NCBI GenBank assembly: GCA_001779115.1 | Contig: MFJF01000005.1 | Location: 142,888 to 206,887 of the forward strand | Length of the DNA stretch: 64,000 bases | Reading direction: 5' to 3' | Source of the DNA: Candidatus Gottesmanbacteria bacterium RIFCSPHIGHO2_01_FULL_40_15 | Lineage (GTDB): Bacteria; Patescibacteriota; Microgenomatia; 2-02-FULL-39-11 | Shown here: positions 1 through 10,623 of the stretch, piece after piece | Layout: each line of letters opens with the position of its first letter | Position numbering within the stretch: position 1 is the stretch's first letter | Translations under genes and position numbers: made by a program | Notes under the pieces: model-generated | The model's input: the letters and a program-made list of their open reading frames with translations, nothing else | Databases searched by the model: none | Told to the model about the DNA's origin: nothing

Positions 1-144
1 GCCTTTTTTTAAGCTTTATTTTTATTTTGTTTTTAATATTAAGACAACTGAAATTACTGACTCTTTTTAATTTTTCCATACTTTTCGCAATTTTTGTGCT
101 TTTGGAAATTTACAGAAAAAGGAACGGGTCAAAATAAATATTTA

Positions 145-960
145 CTACGGGATTTGGAATAACCGGCGGGCATTAGCTGAAGTTGTTTTAAGGGTTTGTT
201 TCAGTGGTAACCCTTGAAATAGAGCTACCTGCCGGGCAACAAGCGGTAAATAAGAAGGCTCATTTCTGGTTGTGCGGAATGGAACAGGAGTTAAAAAGGG
301 AGCATCCGTTTCCAAAAGCAGTCTGTCCGGAGGTGTTTCGGCTACGATTTTCCCCCATTTATTACCATAGGTTATATTGCCGTCAAAACCGACATAAAAA
401 CCCATTGAAACAACTTTTTTCAAATCGGATACCGTACCTGAGAAACAATGAAAAACACCGGTCAATTTTTTATTTTTATGTTTGAACGAAGATATGATTT
501 CCAACAGATCAGTAAATGCATCACGGCAGTGAATAATTACCGGTAAATGATGGCTTTGTGAAAGCTCAAGCTGTAATAACAAAAGTTCCTTTTGTTTTTT
601 TTTAATTTCCGCGGTTATTATATTGTCGGAATATCTGGTTTTTATGTACCTGAAATAATCAAGGCCGATTTCTCCGACCGCGATGACTTTTTTATTTTTA
701 ACAAGTTTTTCCAGATTATCTTTTAACTTACTGCCAACTGTAAGATTTTCATCCTGGGCATGATGAGGATGGATTCCGACAGCTGCATAACAACCGGAAA
801 ACCTATCGATAATTTCAACTGCTTTTTTACTGGATGAGATATCGGTACCGGGAATTATGATTGCTTTAACGCCCTTTTGATTGGCGCGGTTGATAACTTC
901 ACCCACATCTTTTTTAAAGGCTTTAAAATTTAGATGAGAGTGCGTGTCTATCATTTTCAA
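145..960 (-). CDS. tatD: TatD family deoxyribonuclease
   Basis: IDTHSHL, GIHPH, GEIGLDY, IIHCRDA, FHCFSG and LLETDAP motifs; follows metG as is usual. Confidence 0.95.
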   Translation of the reverse strand: MKMIDTHSHLNFKAFKKDVGEVINRANQKGVKAIIIPGTDISSSKKAVEIIDRFSGCYAAVGIHPHHAQDENLTVGSKLKDNLEKLVKNKKVIAVGEIGLDYFRYIKTRYSDNIITAEIKKKQKELLLLQLELSQSHHLPVIIHCRDAFTDLLEIISSFKHKNKKLTGVFHCFSGTVSDLKKVVSMGFYVGFDGNITYGNKWGKIVAETPPDRLLLETDAPFLTPVPFRTTRNEPSYLPLVARQVALFQGLPLKQTLKTTSANARRLFQIP

Positions 961-2381
961 CGGATTCTCGGATAAAGCGGAGGAGCAGATTTTATCTTCC
1001 TGCCTGAGAATAGCCCTATAATTTTTTCGGCAGTTTGGGGTAAAAAAGGCTGAAGATAAAAAGCGATTTCTCTTATCTTATTTACTGCCGGTTCAAGAAT
1101 TTCCTTCAATTCGGATTTATTTTTTATTGTCCAGGGCTTTTTATCATTAATAAAGCGGTCAAGAAACCTTATTTGGTTCCAAATTAATGACAGGGCTTCA
1201 TCAAAAGCGAAATTAGCCATTGCTTTTTCAAATTCAGTGGAAAATGGAAAGCTGTCCGCCGGCTTAAAACTGACATTCTCCGTTAGCCTGGTAATTCTGG
1301 CAATAAGATTTCCCAAACCATTAGCAAGATCGGCATTATACAACTGTTCAAATCTTGAGAAACTGAAATCCCCGTCACTATGCGAGGGTATTTCTCTCAG
1401 AAGGTAATAACGTAAGCTTTCCGAACCGTATTTATCAATAACTTCTAAGGGATCGATGACATTGCCCAGAGACTTACCCATCTTTTGCTGATTAACGGTT
1501 ATATACCCGTGAACTGAAATAGATTTCGGCAGGGGCAGTCCGGCTGATAAAAGCATTCCGATCCAATATACGGCATGAAAACGGAGGATTCCCTTCCCGA
1601 TAACATGGACATCAGCCGGCCACCACTTTTTCCACAGGGTATCGTCAATCCCGAAACCGGCGGCAGTCTGATAAATATTTAAAGCATCATACCAGGTATA
1701 GATAACCTGGCTATCGTCATCGGGCACCGGAATCCCCCAATTTTTTGCCCTGTCTTTTGAACGGGAAACGGAAAAATCAACAAGACCAGATTTAATAAAG
1801 GCCATTATTTCATTTTTCCTCTGCCGGGGAATTATTTTTATTTCATCCGAAGCTATTAACTTCTCAATCCGGCTTTTAAACCGGCTTAATTTGAAAAAAT
1901 AATTTTCTTCCTCAACCCATTCAGGAGGGGTTAAATGTTCCGGGCATTTTCCATCCTGTAATTGCTTTTTTGTATAATAATCTTCGCAACCGACACAGTA
2001 GAAGCCGCCGTACTTTTTTTTGTATAAATCGCCTTTTTCCATGGAAAGGCGCCAGAGTTTGCGGGTTCCCGGCCAATGAAGTTTTCTGTCCGATCCCCTT
2101 CTCCAGACATCAATTTGGATATTAAGTTTTTGAACAAGATCTCTAAAAAAGACTGTATTTTTATCGGCCAGCTGCCGGGGAGTAAGATTTTGAACTTGGG
2201 CGGCGCGGACAATTTTTAAGCCGTTTTCGTCAGATCCGGAAATCAGGAGAGTTTCAAAACCTTTTAATTTAGCGAATCGGGCGGCAGCATCGCATTGGAC
2301 AAATTCCAAAGCATGTCCCAGGTGGGGCCTGCCGTTAACGTAGGGAATTGCTGCAGTTATAAAAAACTTTTTGTCTGGCAT
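957..2381 (-). CDS. metG: Methionine--tRNA ligase (short form, no C-terminal EMAP domain)
   Basis: PYVNGRPHLGH (HIGH), KMGKSLGN (KMSKS), zinc knuckle CVGC/CPEH; start set at ATG 2381. Confidence 0.95.
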   Translation of the reverse strand: MPDKKFFITAAIPYVNGRPHLGHALEFVQCDAAARFAKLKGFETLLISGSDENGLKIVRAAQVQNLTPRQLADKNTVFFRDLVQKLNIQIDVWRRGSDRKLHWPGTRKLWRLSMEKGDLYKKKYGGFYCVGCEDYYTKKQLQDGKCPEHLTPPEWVEEENYFFKLSRFKSRIEKLIASDEIKIIPRQRKNEIMAFIKSGLVDFSVSRSKDRAKNWGIPVPDDDSQVIYTWYDALNIYQTAAGFGIDDTLWKKWWPADVHVIGKGILRFHAVYWIGMLLSAGLPLPKSISVHGYITVNQQKMGKSLGNVIDPLEVIDKYGSESLRYYLLREIPSHSDGDFSFSRFEQLYNADLANGLGNLIARITRLTENVSFKPADSFPFSTEFEKAMANFAFDEALSLIWNQIRFLDRFINDKKPWTIKNKSELKEILEPAVNKIREIAFYLQPFLPQTAEKIIGLFSGRKIKSAPPLYPRIR

Positions 2382-2467
2382 AGGTTGTAAAAAGTCAACC
2401 AATCTTATCACAAAATAAACGGGATGTTTAAGAACTCTAATCGGAATATGCTAAAATAAGGCAAATT

Positions 2468-3952
2468 ATGGGCAGGTTAATTAACAGAAATCCCAATTTT
2501 TGGCATCGGTTATTTGAGATATCTTTTCCGCTTCTGACATGGCTAACGGTAACTCTGCCGCTCTGGCTTTCCCCTTTCCATCCGGCAGTAGTAGCCTATT
2601 TTCTTTTGACGTTTGCCGTTTATTTTTTCTATAAATCATTAACAGTGACCATCTATTCAACCTGGTCATACCTGAAACTGAGAAAAATGTCGCATATCAA
2701 CTGGAGTAAACTGGCTAAAACAGAAAAAGATTTTAAAAAACTATACCACGCGGTAATCATTACCAACTATAAGGAAAATACGGAAAAAGTAAGCCTTACT
2801 TTGGAAAAACTGGCTTTACAGGATTTTCCGAGAAAAAGAATGATTATTATTTTGGCTATGGAAAAAAGAGAAGGAGAAGAAGCCCAAAAACGGGCAAACA
2901 AACTCCTGACTAAATTCAAGAGTAGATTTCTTGAAATGGGAGTGACATTTCATCCGGTTTCAGGAAATGAAGTGGTCGGAAAAGCCAGTAATTCCGCCTG
3001 GGCAGCTAAATTCCTAAGTTATAGGATCAGGAAACTCGGTATCGATCCGGATTTTGTAACAGTAACTTCCTGTGATGCGGATTCCCTGATTCCTCCCAAA
3101 TACTTTTCCTACCTGTCATATTTGTTTTTAACCGATAAAGACAGGTATTACCATTTTTATTGGGCTCCGGTTCTTCTTTACAGTAATTTCTGGGAAGTAC
3201 CTTTACCGGTAAGGGTCCAGGCAACAATTTCTTCAATCATCAGACTTTCCGCCTTAGCCAAACCCAGTTCGCTGATTCAGATATCCACTTATTCGTTATC
3301 CCTGAAAATGCTCCAAAATATCGGATATTGGGATACAAATATTATTCCTGAAGACTGGCACATTTTCCTTCAGGCATTTTTTACGTACGGCGATAAGGTC
3401 AGAACTATGCCGATTTATCTTATTATTACGCGCGATGCGGTTAACAGTTATACTTTTTGGTCAACCATGAGATCAAGGTATGAACAGGAAAAGCGTTGGG
3501 CATGGGGAATTACGGACATCCCGTATGCCATATACAAGTTTTTTACCACCCCTCATATTCCTGTTCTGCCGAAATTATTCAGATTGATTTATGTTATGGA
3601 AACGCATCTCTTCTGGCCGACTTCATTTTTTCTTTTGACTTTGGGAGCTTATGCTTTACAACTGATTAATCCGGCATTTAACAGGACAGCACTGGGACAT
3701 AATCTGCCTAAACTTTCAGGACTTATTCTGACAATGACAACTTTATTTCTTTTGGTATTAATTGTAATTGACGCAAAATCCAGACCGAAAAGACCCGCCA
3801 GTATTTCGATAGCCAAGACACCGCTGCTTCTTTTCCAATGGATTTTATTACCGCTTGTTTCCTTCCTGTTATCAAGTCTTCCGGCACTTGAAGCTCATAC
3901 CCGGCTGCTTTTAGGCAAAAGATTGGAATATAAAGTAACGGAGAAAATATAA
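2468..3952 (+). CDS. Membrane GT2 family (processive-type) glycosyltransferase
   Basis: CDAD (DxD), PED and QEKRW (QxxRW) motifs with N- and C-terminal TM helices. Confidence 0.85.
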   Translation: MGRLINRNPNFWHRLFEISFPLLTWLTVTLPLWLSPFHPAVVAYFLLTFAVYFFYKSLTVTIYSTWSYLKLRKMSHINWSKLAKTEKDFKKLYHAVIITNYKENTEKVSLTLEKLALQDFPRKRMIIILAMEKREGEEAQKRANKLLTKFKSRFLEMGVTFHPVSGNEVVGKASNSAWAAKFLSYRIRKLGIDPDFVTVTSCDADSLIPPKYFSYLSYLFLTDKDRYYHFYWAPVLLYSNFWEVPLPVRVQATISSIIRLSALAKPSSLIQISTYSLSLKMLQNIGYWDTNIIPEDWHIFLQAFFTYGDKVRTMPIYLIITRDAVNSYTFWSTMRSRYEQEKRWAWGITDIPYAIYKFFTTPHIPVLPKLFRLIYVMETHLFWPTSFFLLTLGAYALQLINPAFNRTALGHNLPKLSGLILTMTTLFLLVLIVIDAKSRPKRPASISIAKTPLLLFQWILLPLVSFLLSSLPALEAHTRLLLGKRLEYKVTEKI

Positions 3953-3984
3953 ATTATTGCCGATTAAATATTCATCAATTATAG

Positions 3985-5274
3985 ATGATAATTTCCATCT
4001 TAAACTTTATCATCTCTCATTCGCCTGTCTTTTATTTAACCCAGTCGGTATGGCGGGATGAAGCTTTTTCCTACTTCATGGCCAGACCGGGAACCATAAA
4101 AATTATTGCAGCCACGGCTAATGATTTCAATCCTCCGCTTTACTACATTTTGCTTCATTTCTGGATGTATTTGGCAGGACACTCGGAAGTATTTTTACGA
4201 CTGCTCTCGTTTATTTTTCATTTGACGGGGGTTTATTACATTCATTTATTGGGGAGAAAATTGTCGGGAAAAAGATTTGCCTTATTTTTGGCACTTTTTT
4301 ATCTTTTTAATCCCATGTTATTGTATTTTGCTTTTGAAATGCGCATGTATTCGCTGTATGCCCTGACAACCACGGCAACACTTTATTATTTTTACAGTAA
4401 AGACTGGAAAAGATACACCATTGCCAATATTTTAGGACTATATACCCATTCTTTTTTCATTCTGATTAATATATCGCTGGCAGCATATTTATTTATTTCA
4501 AAAAAAACAAGAAAAAATATCTTCAGAACTCTTTTTCCCGTACTTTTTTTCCTGCCCTGGATACCCATTTTAATTATCCAATTTATCAAATCAAAACAAT
4601 CATGGTTGTATCCGGTTGACTGGCAACTGATCAAATCGGTTTTGGGTAATTTATTTTTAGCTTATGAGGGAACACCCGGACATTTATGGAAATTCACTGC
4701 CCGGCTTTCAGCGGTCATAATTTTATTGATGTATCTGTCCCTCAAAAAAAGGAAGATTAAACCCGGGATATTTGTTCTGCCCGTTTTTATCCCCCTGATA
4801 TTAATATTGTCTTATTCCATATTAAGAAGGCCTGTTTATGTACACCGATATCTGATATTTATTACCGTATTTGAAATAATATCCGTGGCATTGGGAGTAG
4901 CGGCAATTCCAAATAAAAAAATCAGAAAGTTGATGGCATTTTTCTGTATTTTATTTGTTATTTATTTCAATTTTTATATTACACCTTTCAGGAAAAAAAC
5001 CGACTTCAAATCAACATTTAGTGAAATAAACAGAATGGCCAATGAAGGGGATTACGCTTATACGATGACACCGATAGCTTTTTTGGAATCGGCTTTTTAT
5101 TTTAAAAATCCCGGCAAAACATTCGTTTATAATCCCAAAAAAATACACATACCCGATTATATAGGCGTTAATGTTGTGTTTCCCGATATATCAAAAACTG
5201 ATTTTCCAACAGGTCCTTCAAGAGTGTTTTTAATAAAAGATGATGCCAGTTTTGAAGTAGTTATCCAACAATAA
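3985..5274 (+). CDS. GT-C fold membrane glycosyltransferase (GT39/PMT_2-like)
   Basis: WRDEAFS, DFNPPLYY and EMRMYSL motifs; many TM segments. Confidence 0.8.
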   Translation: MIISILNFIISHSPVFYLTQSVWRDEAFSYFMARPGTIKIIAATANDFNPPLYYILLHFWMYLAGHSEVFLRLLSFIFHLTGVYYIHLLGRKLSGKRFALFLALFYLFNPMLLYFAFEMRMYSLYALTTTATLYYFYSKDWKRYTIANILGLYTHSFFILINISLAAYLFISKKTRKNIFRTLFPVLFFLPWIPILIIQFIKSKQSWLYPVDWQLIKSVLGNLFLAYEGTPGHLWKFTARLSAVIILLMYLSLKKRKIKPGIFVLPVFIPLILILSYSILRRPVYVHRYLIFITVFEIISVALGVAAIPNKKIRKLMAFFCILFVIYFNFYITPFRKKTDFKSTFSEINRMANEGDYAYTMTPIAFLESAFYFKNPGKTFVYNPKKIHIPDYIGVNVVFPDISKTDFPTGPSRVFLIKDDASFEVVIQQ

Positions 5275-5628
5275 ATGAAAGAAAGAATTAAAGAAGTATT
5301 AAGAGATAATATCATTAAGAAATCCTGCCAGGTTTTTCTGATTATTCTTGCCTTTTTTACTGCTACTTTGATCTGGAAATGGAAAAACTTACCTCCGGAA
5401 TTGCCACTTTTTTACTCGCTGCCAAGAAGTGAGGAACAACTGGCGTCTCCATATCATCTTCTTATTATAATTGCGGCAATAATAATTATTTTTTTATTGC
5501 ACTTTTTTATTTCAGTTCTTTTATACCGGAAAGAGTTACTTGCTTCCAGAATTCTCCTGATAAATGTTACTGTTATTATGACTGCTCTTTTTTTAACATC
5601 TTTAAAAATAATTTTTCTGATTACATAA
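5275..5628 (+). CDS. Small 3-TM membrane protein (LPPELPLFYS motif, DUF1648-like)
   Basis: Hydrophobic ORF abutting both neighbours in the operon. Confidence 0.65.
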   Translation: MKERIKEVLRDNIIKKSCQVFLIILAFFTATLIWKWKNLPPELPLFYSLPRSEEQLASPYHLLIIIAAIIIIFLLHFFISVLLYRKELLASRILLINVTVIMTALFLTSLKIIFLIT

Positions 5629-6717
5629 ATGGTATTATCGATTTCGCTTTTAACCTTATCATCATTTATCATCAGTTTCTCGCTGGTACCTTTAACAATC
5701 TCTCTGGCCAGAAAATACAAGCTGGTTGATGATATCAGGAGCCGACCCCACCCGGCACATACCCATCGCGGCAGCATACCGCGCGCCGGCGGGATTCCGA
5801 TATTTATCGGAATATTTTTACCGATCCTTTTATTTCTTAAGATTAATCCCGCTATCACCGGTATAAGTTTGGGGGCTTTAATTCTAGTATTGACCGGAAT
5901 TTGGGATGACCGGCGTGACCGCTCACCCTATATCAGATTTTTGTTTAATTGCACAGCCGCTTTCGCCGTAATCATTGCCGGAGTTCAGATTCCATATATA
6001 ACCAATCCTATGGGAGGGATTTTACATTTTAACTTTCAAATATCCACAATAAATTTTGCCGGGATGTCATTTTCCATAACAATGGCACAAATTCTAGCTC
6101 TAATTTGGATCGTATGGACAACCAATATTGTCGGCTGGTCGGGAGGAGTTGACGGCCAATTACCCGGTTACGTAGCGATATCGGCTGTTGTTATAGGACT
6201 TTTATCCTTAAGATACATTGCTGATCCCAACCAATATTATGTTACTGCCCTGTCATTTTTAACCGCAGGAGCTTTTTTCGGGTTCCTGCCCTGGAATTTT
6301 TCCCCCCAGAAAATAATGCCCGGATACGGAGGCAAGACTCTGGCCGGTTTTATGCTATCGGTTCTGGCAATTTTATCCTATGCCAAATTCGGAACTGCGC
6401 TTCTGGTTTTGGCAGTACCGATGACTGACGCCGGTTTTATCATTTTTAAGAGAATTTTTACCGGAACATCTCCGGTGAAGGCAACTTCAGGCCATTTACA
6501 TCACCATCTTTTAAACCTAGGATGGAGTAAAAGTAAAATTGCCGTATTTTATTGGGGAATAAGTTTAATTGCCGGATTTCTTGCCTTAATTCTAAATCCC
6601 AGACAGAAATTATTTGCAGCTCTCCTGATTATAATAATAATATCAATGTTTATTCTGTGGATTAATTTTTTCAAAAAGCTGCCTGTTAAACATACCAGCG
6701 AAAATTCCGAGTTCTGA
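5629..6717 (+). CDS. WecA/TagO/MraY-family polyprenyl-phosphate HexNAc-1-phosphate transferase
   Basis: PRAGG, GIWDD, GVDG, WNFSPQKI and HLHHHL motifs. Confidence 0.9.
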   Translation: MVLSISLLTLSSFIISFSLVPLTISLARKYKLVDDIRSRPHPAHTHRGSIPRAGGIPIFIGIFLPILLFLKINPAITGISLGALILVLTGIWDDRRDRSPYIRFLFNCTAAFAVIIAGVQIPYITNPMGGILHFNFQISTINFAGMSFSITMAQILALIWIVWTTNIVGWSGGVDGQLPGYVAISAVVIGLLSLRYIADPNQYYVTALSFLTAGAFFGFLPWNFSPQKIMPGYGGKTLAGFMLSVLAILSYAKFGTALLVLAVPMTDAGFIIFKRIFTGTSPVKATSGHLHHHLLNLGWSKSKIAVFYWGISLIAGFLALILNPRQKLFAALLIIIIISMFILWINFFKKLPVKHTSENSEF

Positions 6718-6724
6718 AATTACC

Positions 6725-7564
6725 TTACTCGACTTTATCGGCATAACGTCCTGAAATCCAACCTTCTTTACCCTCAGCATAAATGATTTTAATCCAGCCT
6801 GATTTTTCATCAAGGTACGGCACCTTATCGCCTGGTTTTAACTGGCCGACTTCGGTTGCCGAAATTGAAGCATCAAATCTGACCCGAAGAAAACCTGTCG
6901 GAGTTTCATTCACTAAAACGTATGGTTTTGATAACTGATCCCCTTCACCGGTTTGGGTATCAGTTTCCGGTGTCGGAGTGGGTGTTTCTAACTGTTCTCC
7001 GGACAGACTCAGTTGAAAATCTACATTTAAACGGTAATCCGGAACTGCTTTTACTCTGACAGTTCTGCCGATAAATCCGGTTGAAGTGACGGTGATGTCA
7101 TGCTCACCTTCGCTTATAGGAATATTTATAGGAGTTGCCCCTTTTTCCAAACCGTCAATTGATACCGAAGCGGCATCAGGTGTTGAAGAAACTGAAATTT
7201 CGATTTCATCATCACCGATTTTATCCAATGTGATAACTTCTCCTGATGTGGTCAGTTCACTTTGGCCTAATTCTTTTTTTATATAGGTAAGAGTTGACGG
7301 GTTAAGTGTTATTTTGTCCTGCCAAACCGAAGCGGATGATTGGGAATCATCAGGCACAAGTTTTATTACAAAAGAACCGGCAGGGTGACGGCTGTCTAAA
7401 GGTGTTTTTCCAATAAATTTTTCATCCAGATATATTCCGGCTACGGGAGTAGAAACTACTTTTAATCCGGCAACTGATGACTTACCGGCAAATATAAGCT
7501 TATAGAGAATATAGGCTATGGCTGCAAGAAATAAGACAATGACAAGAACAGTCTTCCTGCTCAT
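6725..7564 (-). CDS. Membrane-anchored PEGA-domain protein with C-terminal bacterial SH3 domain
   Basis: N-terminal TM; two PEGA repeats (VxSTP...GxTP); PT linker; LRVR...GWIS SH3b. Confidence 0.85.
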   Translation of the reverse strand: MSRKTVLVIVLFLAAIAYILYKLIFAGKSSVAGLKVVSTPVAGIYLDEKFIGKTPLDSRHPAGSFVIKLVPDDSQSSASVWQDKITLNPSTLTYIKKELGQSELTTSGEVITLDKIGDDEIEISVSSTPDAASVSIDGLEKGATPINIPISEGEHDITVTSTGFIGRTVRVKAVPDYRLNVDFQLSLSGEQLETPTPTPETDTQTGEGDQLSKPYVLVNETPTGFLRVRFDASISATEVGQLKPGDKVPYLDEKSGWIKIIYAEGKEGWISGRYADKVE

Positions 7565-7629
7565 AGACTTTATATTACATGAGAAGAACCTTATTTTCAA
7601 TCGAAATGAAGCAATTCCGACTTGATAAA

Positions 7630-7656
7630 TTAGCAGTCTATATACTAGACTGCTAA
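7630..7656. promoter_or_regulatory. CIRCE-like (HrcA) operator
   Basis: TTAGCAGTC-N9-GACTGCTAA versus consensus TTAGCACTC-N9-GAGTGCTAA. Confidence 0.8.
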
Positions 7657-7708
7657 TATAAAGTTGCCCTCCGTCTTCCCGGAGGACTTCAGAAGGATGT
7701 GAGACTAT

Positions 7709-7759
7709 ATGGCAATTTTAAGATTTGATCCGTTTTCAATGTTATGGGGACGGGGGTAG
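7709..7759 (+). pseudogene. Probable 5' remnant of a small heat-shock protein (Hsp20) gene
   Basis: ATG 7709 gives MAILRFDPFSML then WGRG-stop inside the transposase inverted repeat; preceded by CIRCE and AAGGATGTGA; xxRxDPF is a typical Hsp20 N-terminus. Confidence 0.6.
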
Positions 7760-8469
7760 ATTTGAGCCTTGTTATATGCTAAAAGCCTTCATTTTTCTGT
7801 GCGTGGCAAATACTGGATTTCCAATGACATCATTATTATTTTTATACGGATCATATTCATCAAGATTTAGATTCATTCCATCCTTAATAAATTTGAGATA
7901 ATTTTCAATTCTGTTTCCCTTATCACCTAATAGGATGATAATTTTATTCATGTCTATTATCTTTCTTGAACTATTGTTTAAGTACTCTCTTAAACTGCTA
8001 TATTTATATTCTTCCGGGTTTTTGGTCATAGCCGATTTATACGGATTTAGGTGAATATATCTTGAAACTTCCAAAAAATAAGACTCTTTCTGAACAAGCT
8101 TACTTTTAAATCTATCTTGAAATAAAGGTCCCTGTCTATTGTATTTTTTATTGAAATATAGGGAATAACTTGTAAATAATCTCCCCATCAATTTAGCAAT
8201 TGGTGTTCTCTTTTCCTCAACCAGAAAATGATAGTGATTAGGCATTAAACAATAGGCATAAAAACACCAATCACCTTTCCGAAGAAGTCCATTTAATATT
8301 TCAAGCAATCTTTCATAATCTTTATCTTCATGAAATATTTGGTTTTTGTTAAGCCCCCTATTAAAAATGTGATAAAAACCTCCGGGAAATGTCAGTCTAG
8401 CTATTCTTGGCATTAATAATTTTATAGCACTTTTAAGCTGTCAATACAATATATTCTACCCCCGTCCCC
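7746..8469. mobile_element. RAYT/Y1 transposase element bounded by 15-bp inverted repeats
   Basis: GGGGACGGGGGTAGA (7746-7760) and its exact reverse complement TCTACCCCCGTCCCC (8455-8469) flank an AT-rich transposase gene. Confidence 0.8.
7772..8413 (-). CDS. REP-associated tyrosine transposase (Y1_Tnp, IS200/RAYT family)
   Basis: MPRIAR..YHIFNRG, CLMPNHYH (HUH), LFQDRFKS, RYIHLNP (catalytic Tyr), YKYSS. Confidence 0.92.
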   Translation of the reverse strand: MPRIARLTFPGGFYHIFNRGLNKNQIFHEDKDYERLLEILNGLLRKGDWCFYAYCLMPNHYHFLVEEKRTPIAKLMGRLFTSYSLYFNKKYNRQGPLFQDRFKSKLVQKESYFLEVSRYIHLNPYKSAMTKNPEEYKYSSLREYLNNSSRKIIDMNKIIILLGDKGNRIENYLKFIKDGMNLNLDEYDPYKNNNDVIGNPVFATHRKMKAFSI

Positions 8470-8476
8470 GATATAC

Positions 8477-8506
8477 AAAGCCCCGAGAAAATCGGGGCTT
8501 TTTTTT
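8477..8506. terminator. Rho-independent terminator hairpin downstream of groEL, long T-run on the + strand
   Basis: AAAGCCCCGA-GAAAA-TCGGGGCTTT continuing into a T run. Confidence 0.85.
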
Positions 8507-8528
8507 GTTTTTGTAATGCTTTAGTTCT

Positions 8529-10175
<1,647 letters not shown>

Positions 10176-10220
10176 TTAAAATTTATTAACTTATTTTTAA
10201 CTTTTTTTTGTTCCCATTCT

Positions 10221-10523
10221 TCAGTCAATAACCGCGAGAATATCTTTTTGTTCGACAAGCAACCATTCTTCCTGTCCTACCCTAATTTCTGAGCCTCCCC
10301 ATTTTTTATAAACTACTTTCTGGCCGACTTTAACATTCATGGGGAGTTTTTTTCCGTCATCTGTGACTGCTCCTGAACCGACTGCCATTATTTGTCCTAT
10401 TTGGGGTTTTTCTTTAGCGGTTTCAGGAAGAACTATGCCGGAAGGTGTTTTGGCTTCCTCTTCAAGCGGTTTTACCAAAACATTATCCAAAAGGGGTTTA
10501 ATTGAAGACGCTTTAATATTCAT
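10221..10523 (-). CDS. groS: Co-chaperonin GroES
   Basis: KPLLDNVLV, TPSGIVLPETAKEKP; GGAGG RBS. Confidence 0.98.
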   Translation of the reverse strand: MNIKASSIKPLLDNVLVKPLEEEAKTPSGIVLPETAKEKPQIGQIMAVGSGAVTDDGKKLPMNVKVGQKVVYKKWGGSEIRVGQEEWLLVEQKDILAVID

Positions 10524-10556
10524 ATGGTTACCTCCATTTATTAAAATTTAAATAAT

Positions 10557-10610
10557 TTGGCACTTAATAAAGACGACTGCTATTTTATGAAATGGAAAAA
10601 TACTTGTCAA
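10557..10610 (-). promoter_or_regulatory. groESL sigma70 promoter with adjoining CIRCE-like operator
   Basis: Minus strand TTGACA (10605-10610)-N17-TAAAAT (10582-10587), overlapping ATAGCAGTC-N9-AAGTGCCAA (10557-10583). Confidence 0.8.
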
Positions 10611-10623
10611 GAGGTATATACGG

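Noticed and set aside
1-79. Minus-strand ORF start (MEKLKRVS...) running off the window
   Set aside because: Too short to assign a product.
7629-7657. 12-bp inverted repeat as a REP hairpin of the RAYT or a terminator
   Set aside because: It matches CIRCE arms and N9 spacing, has no U-tract, and lies outside the 15-bp repeats.
8413-8444. TTGACA upstream of the transposase as a consensus promoter
   Set aside because: Spacing to the candidate -10 hexamers is only 12-14 bp.
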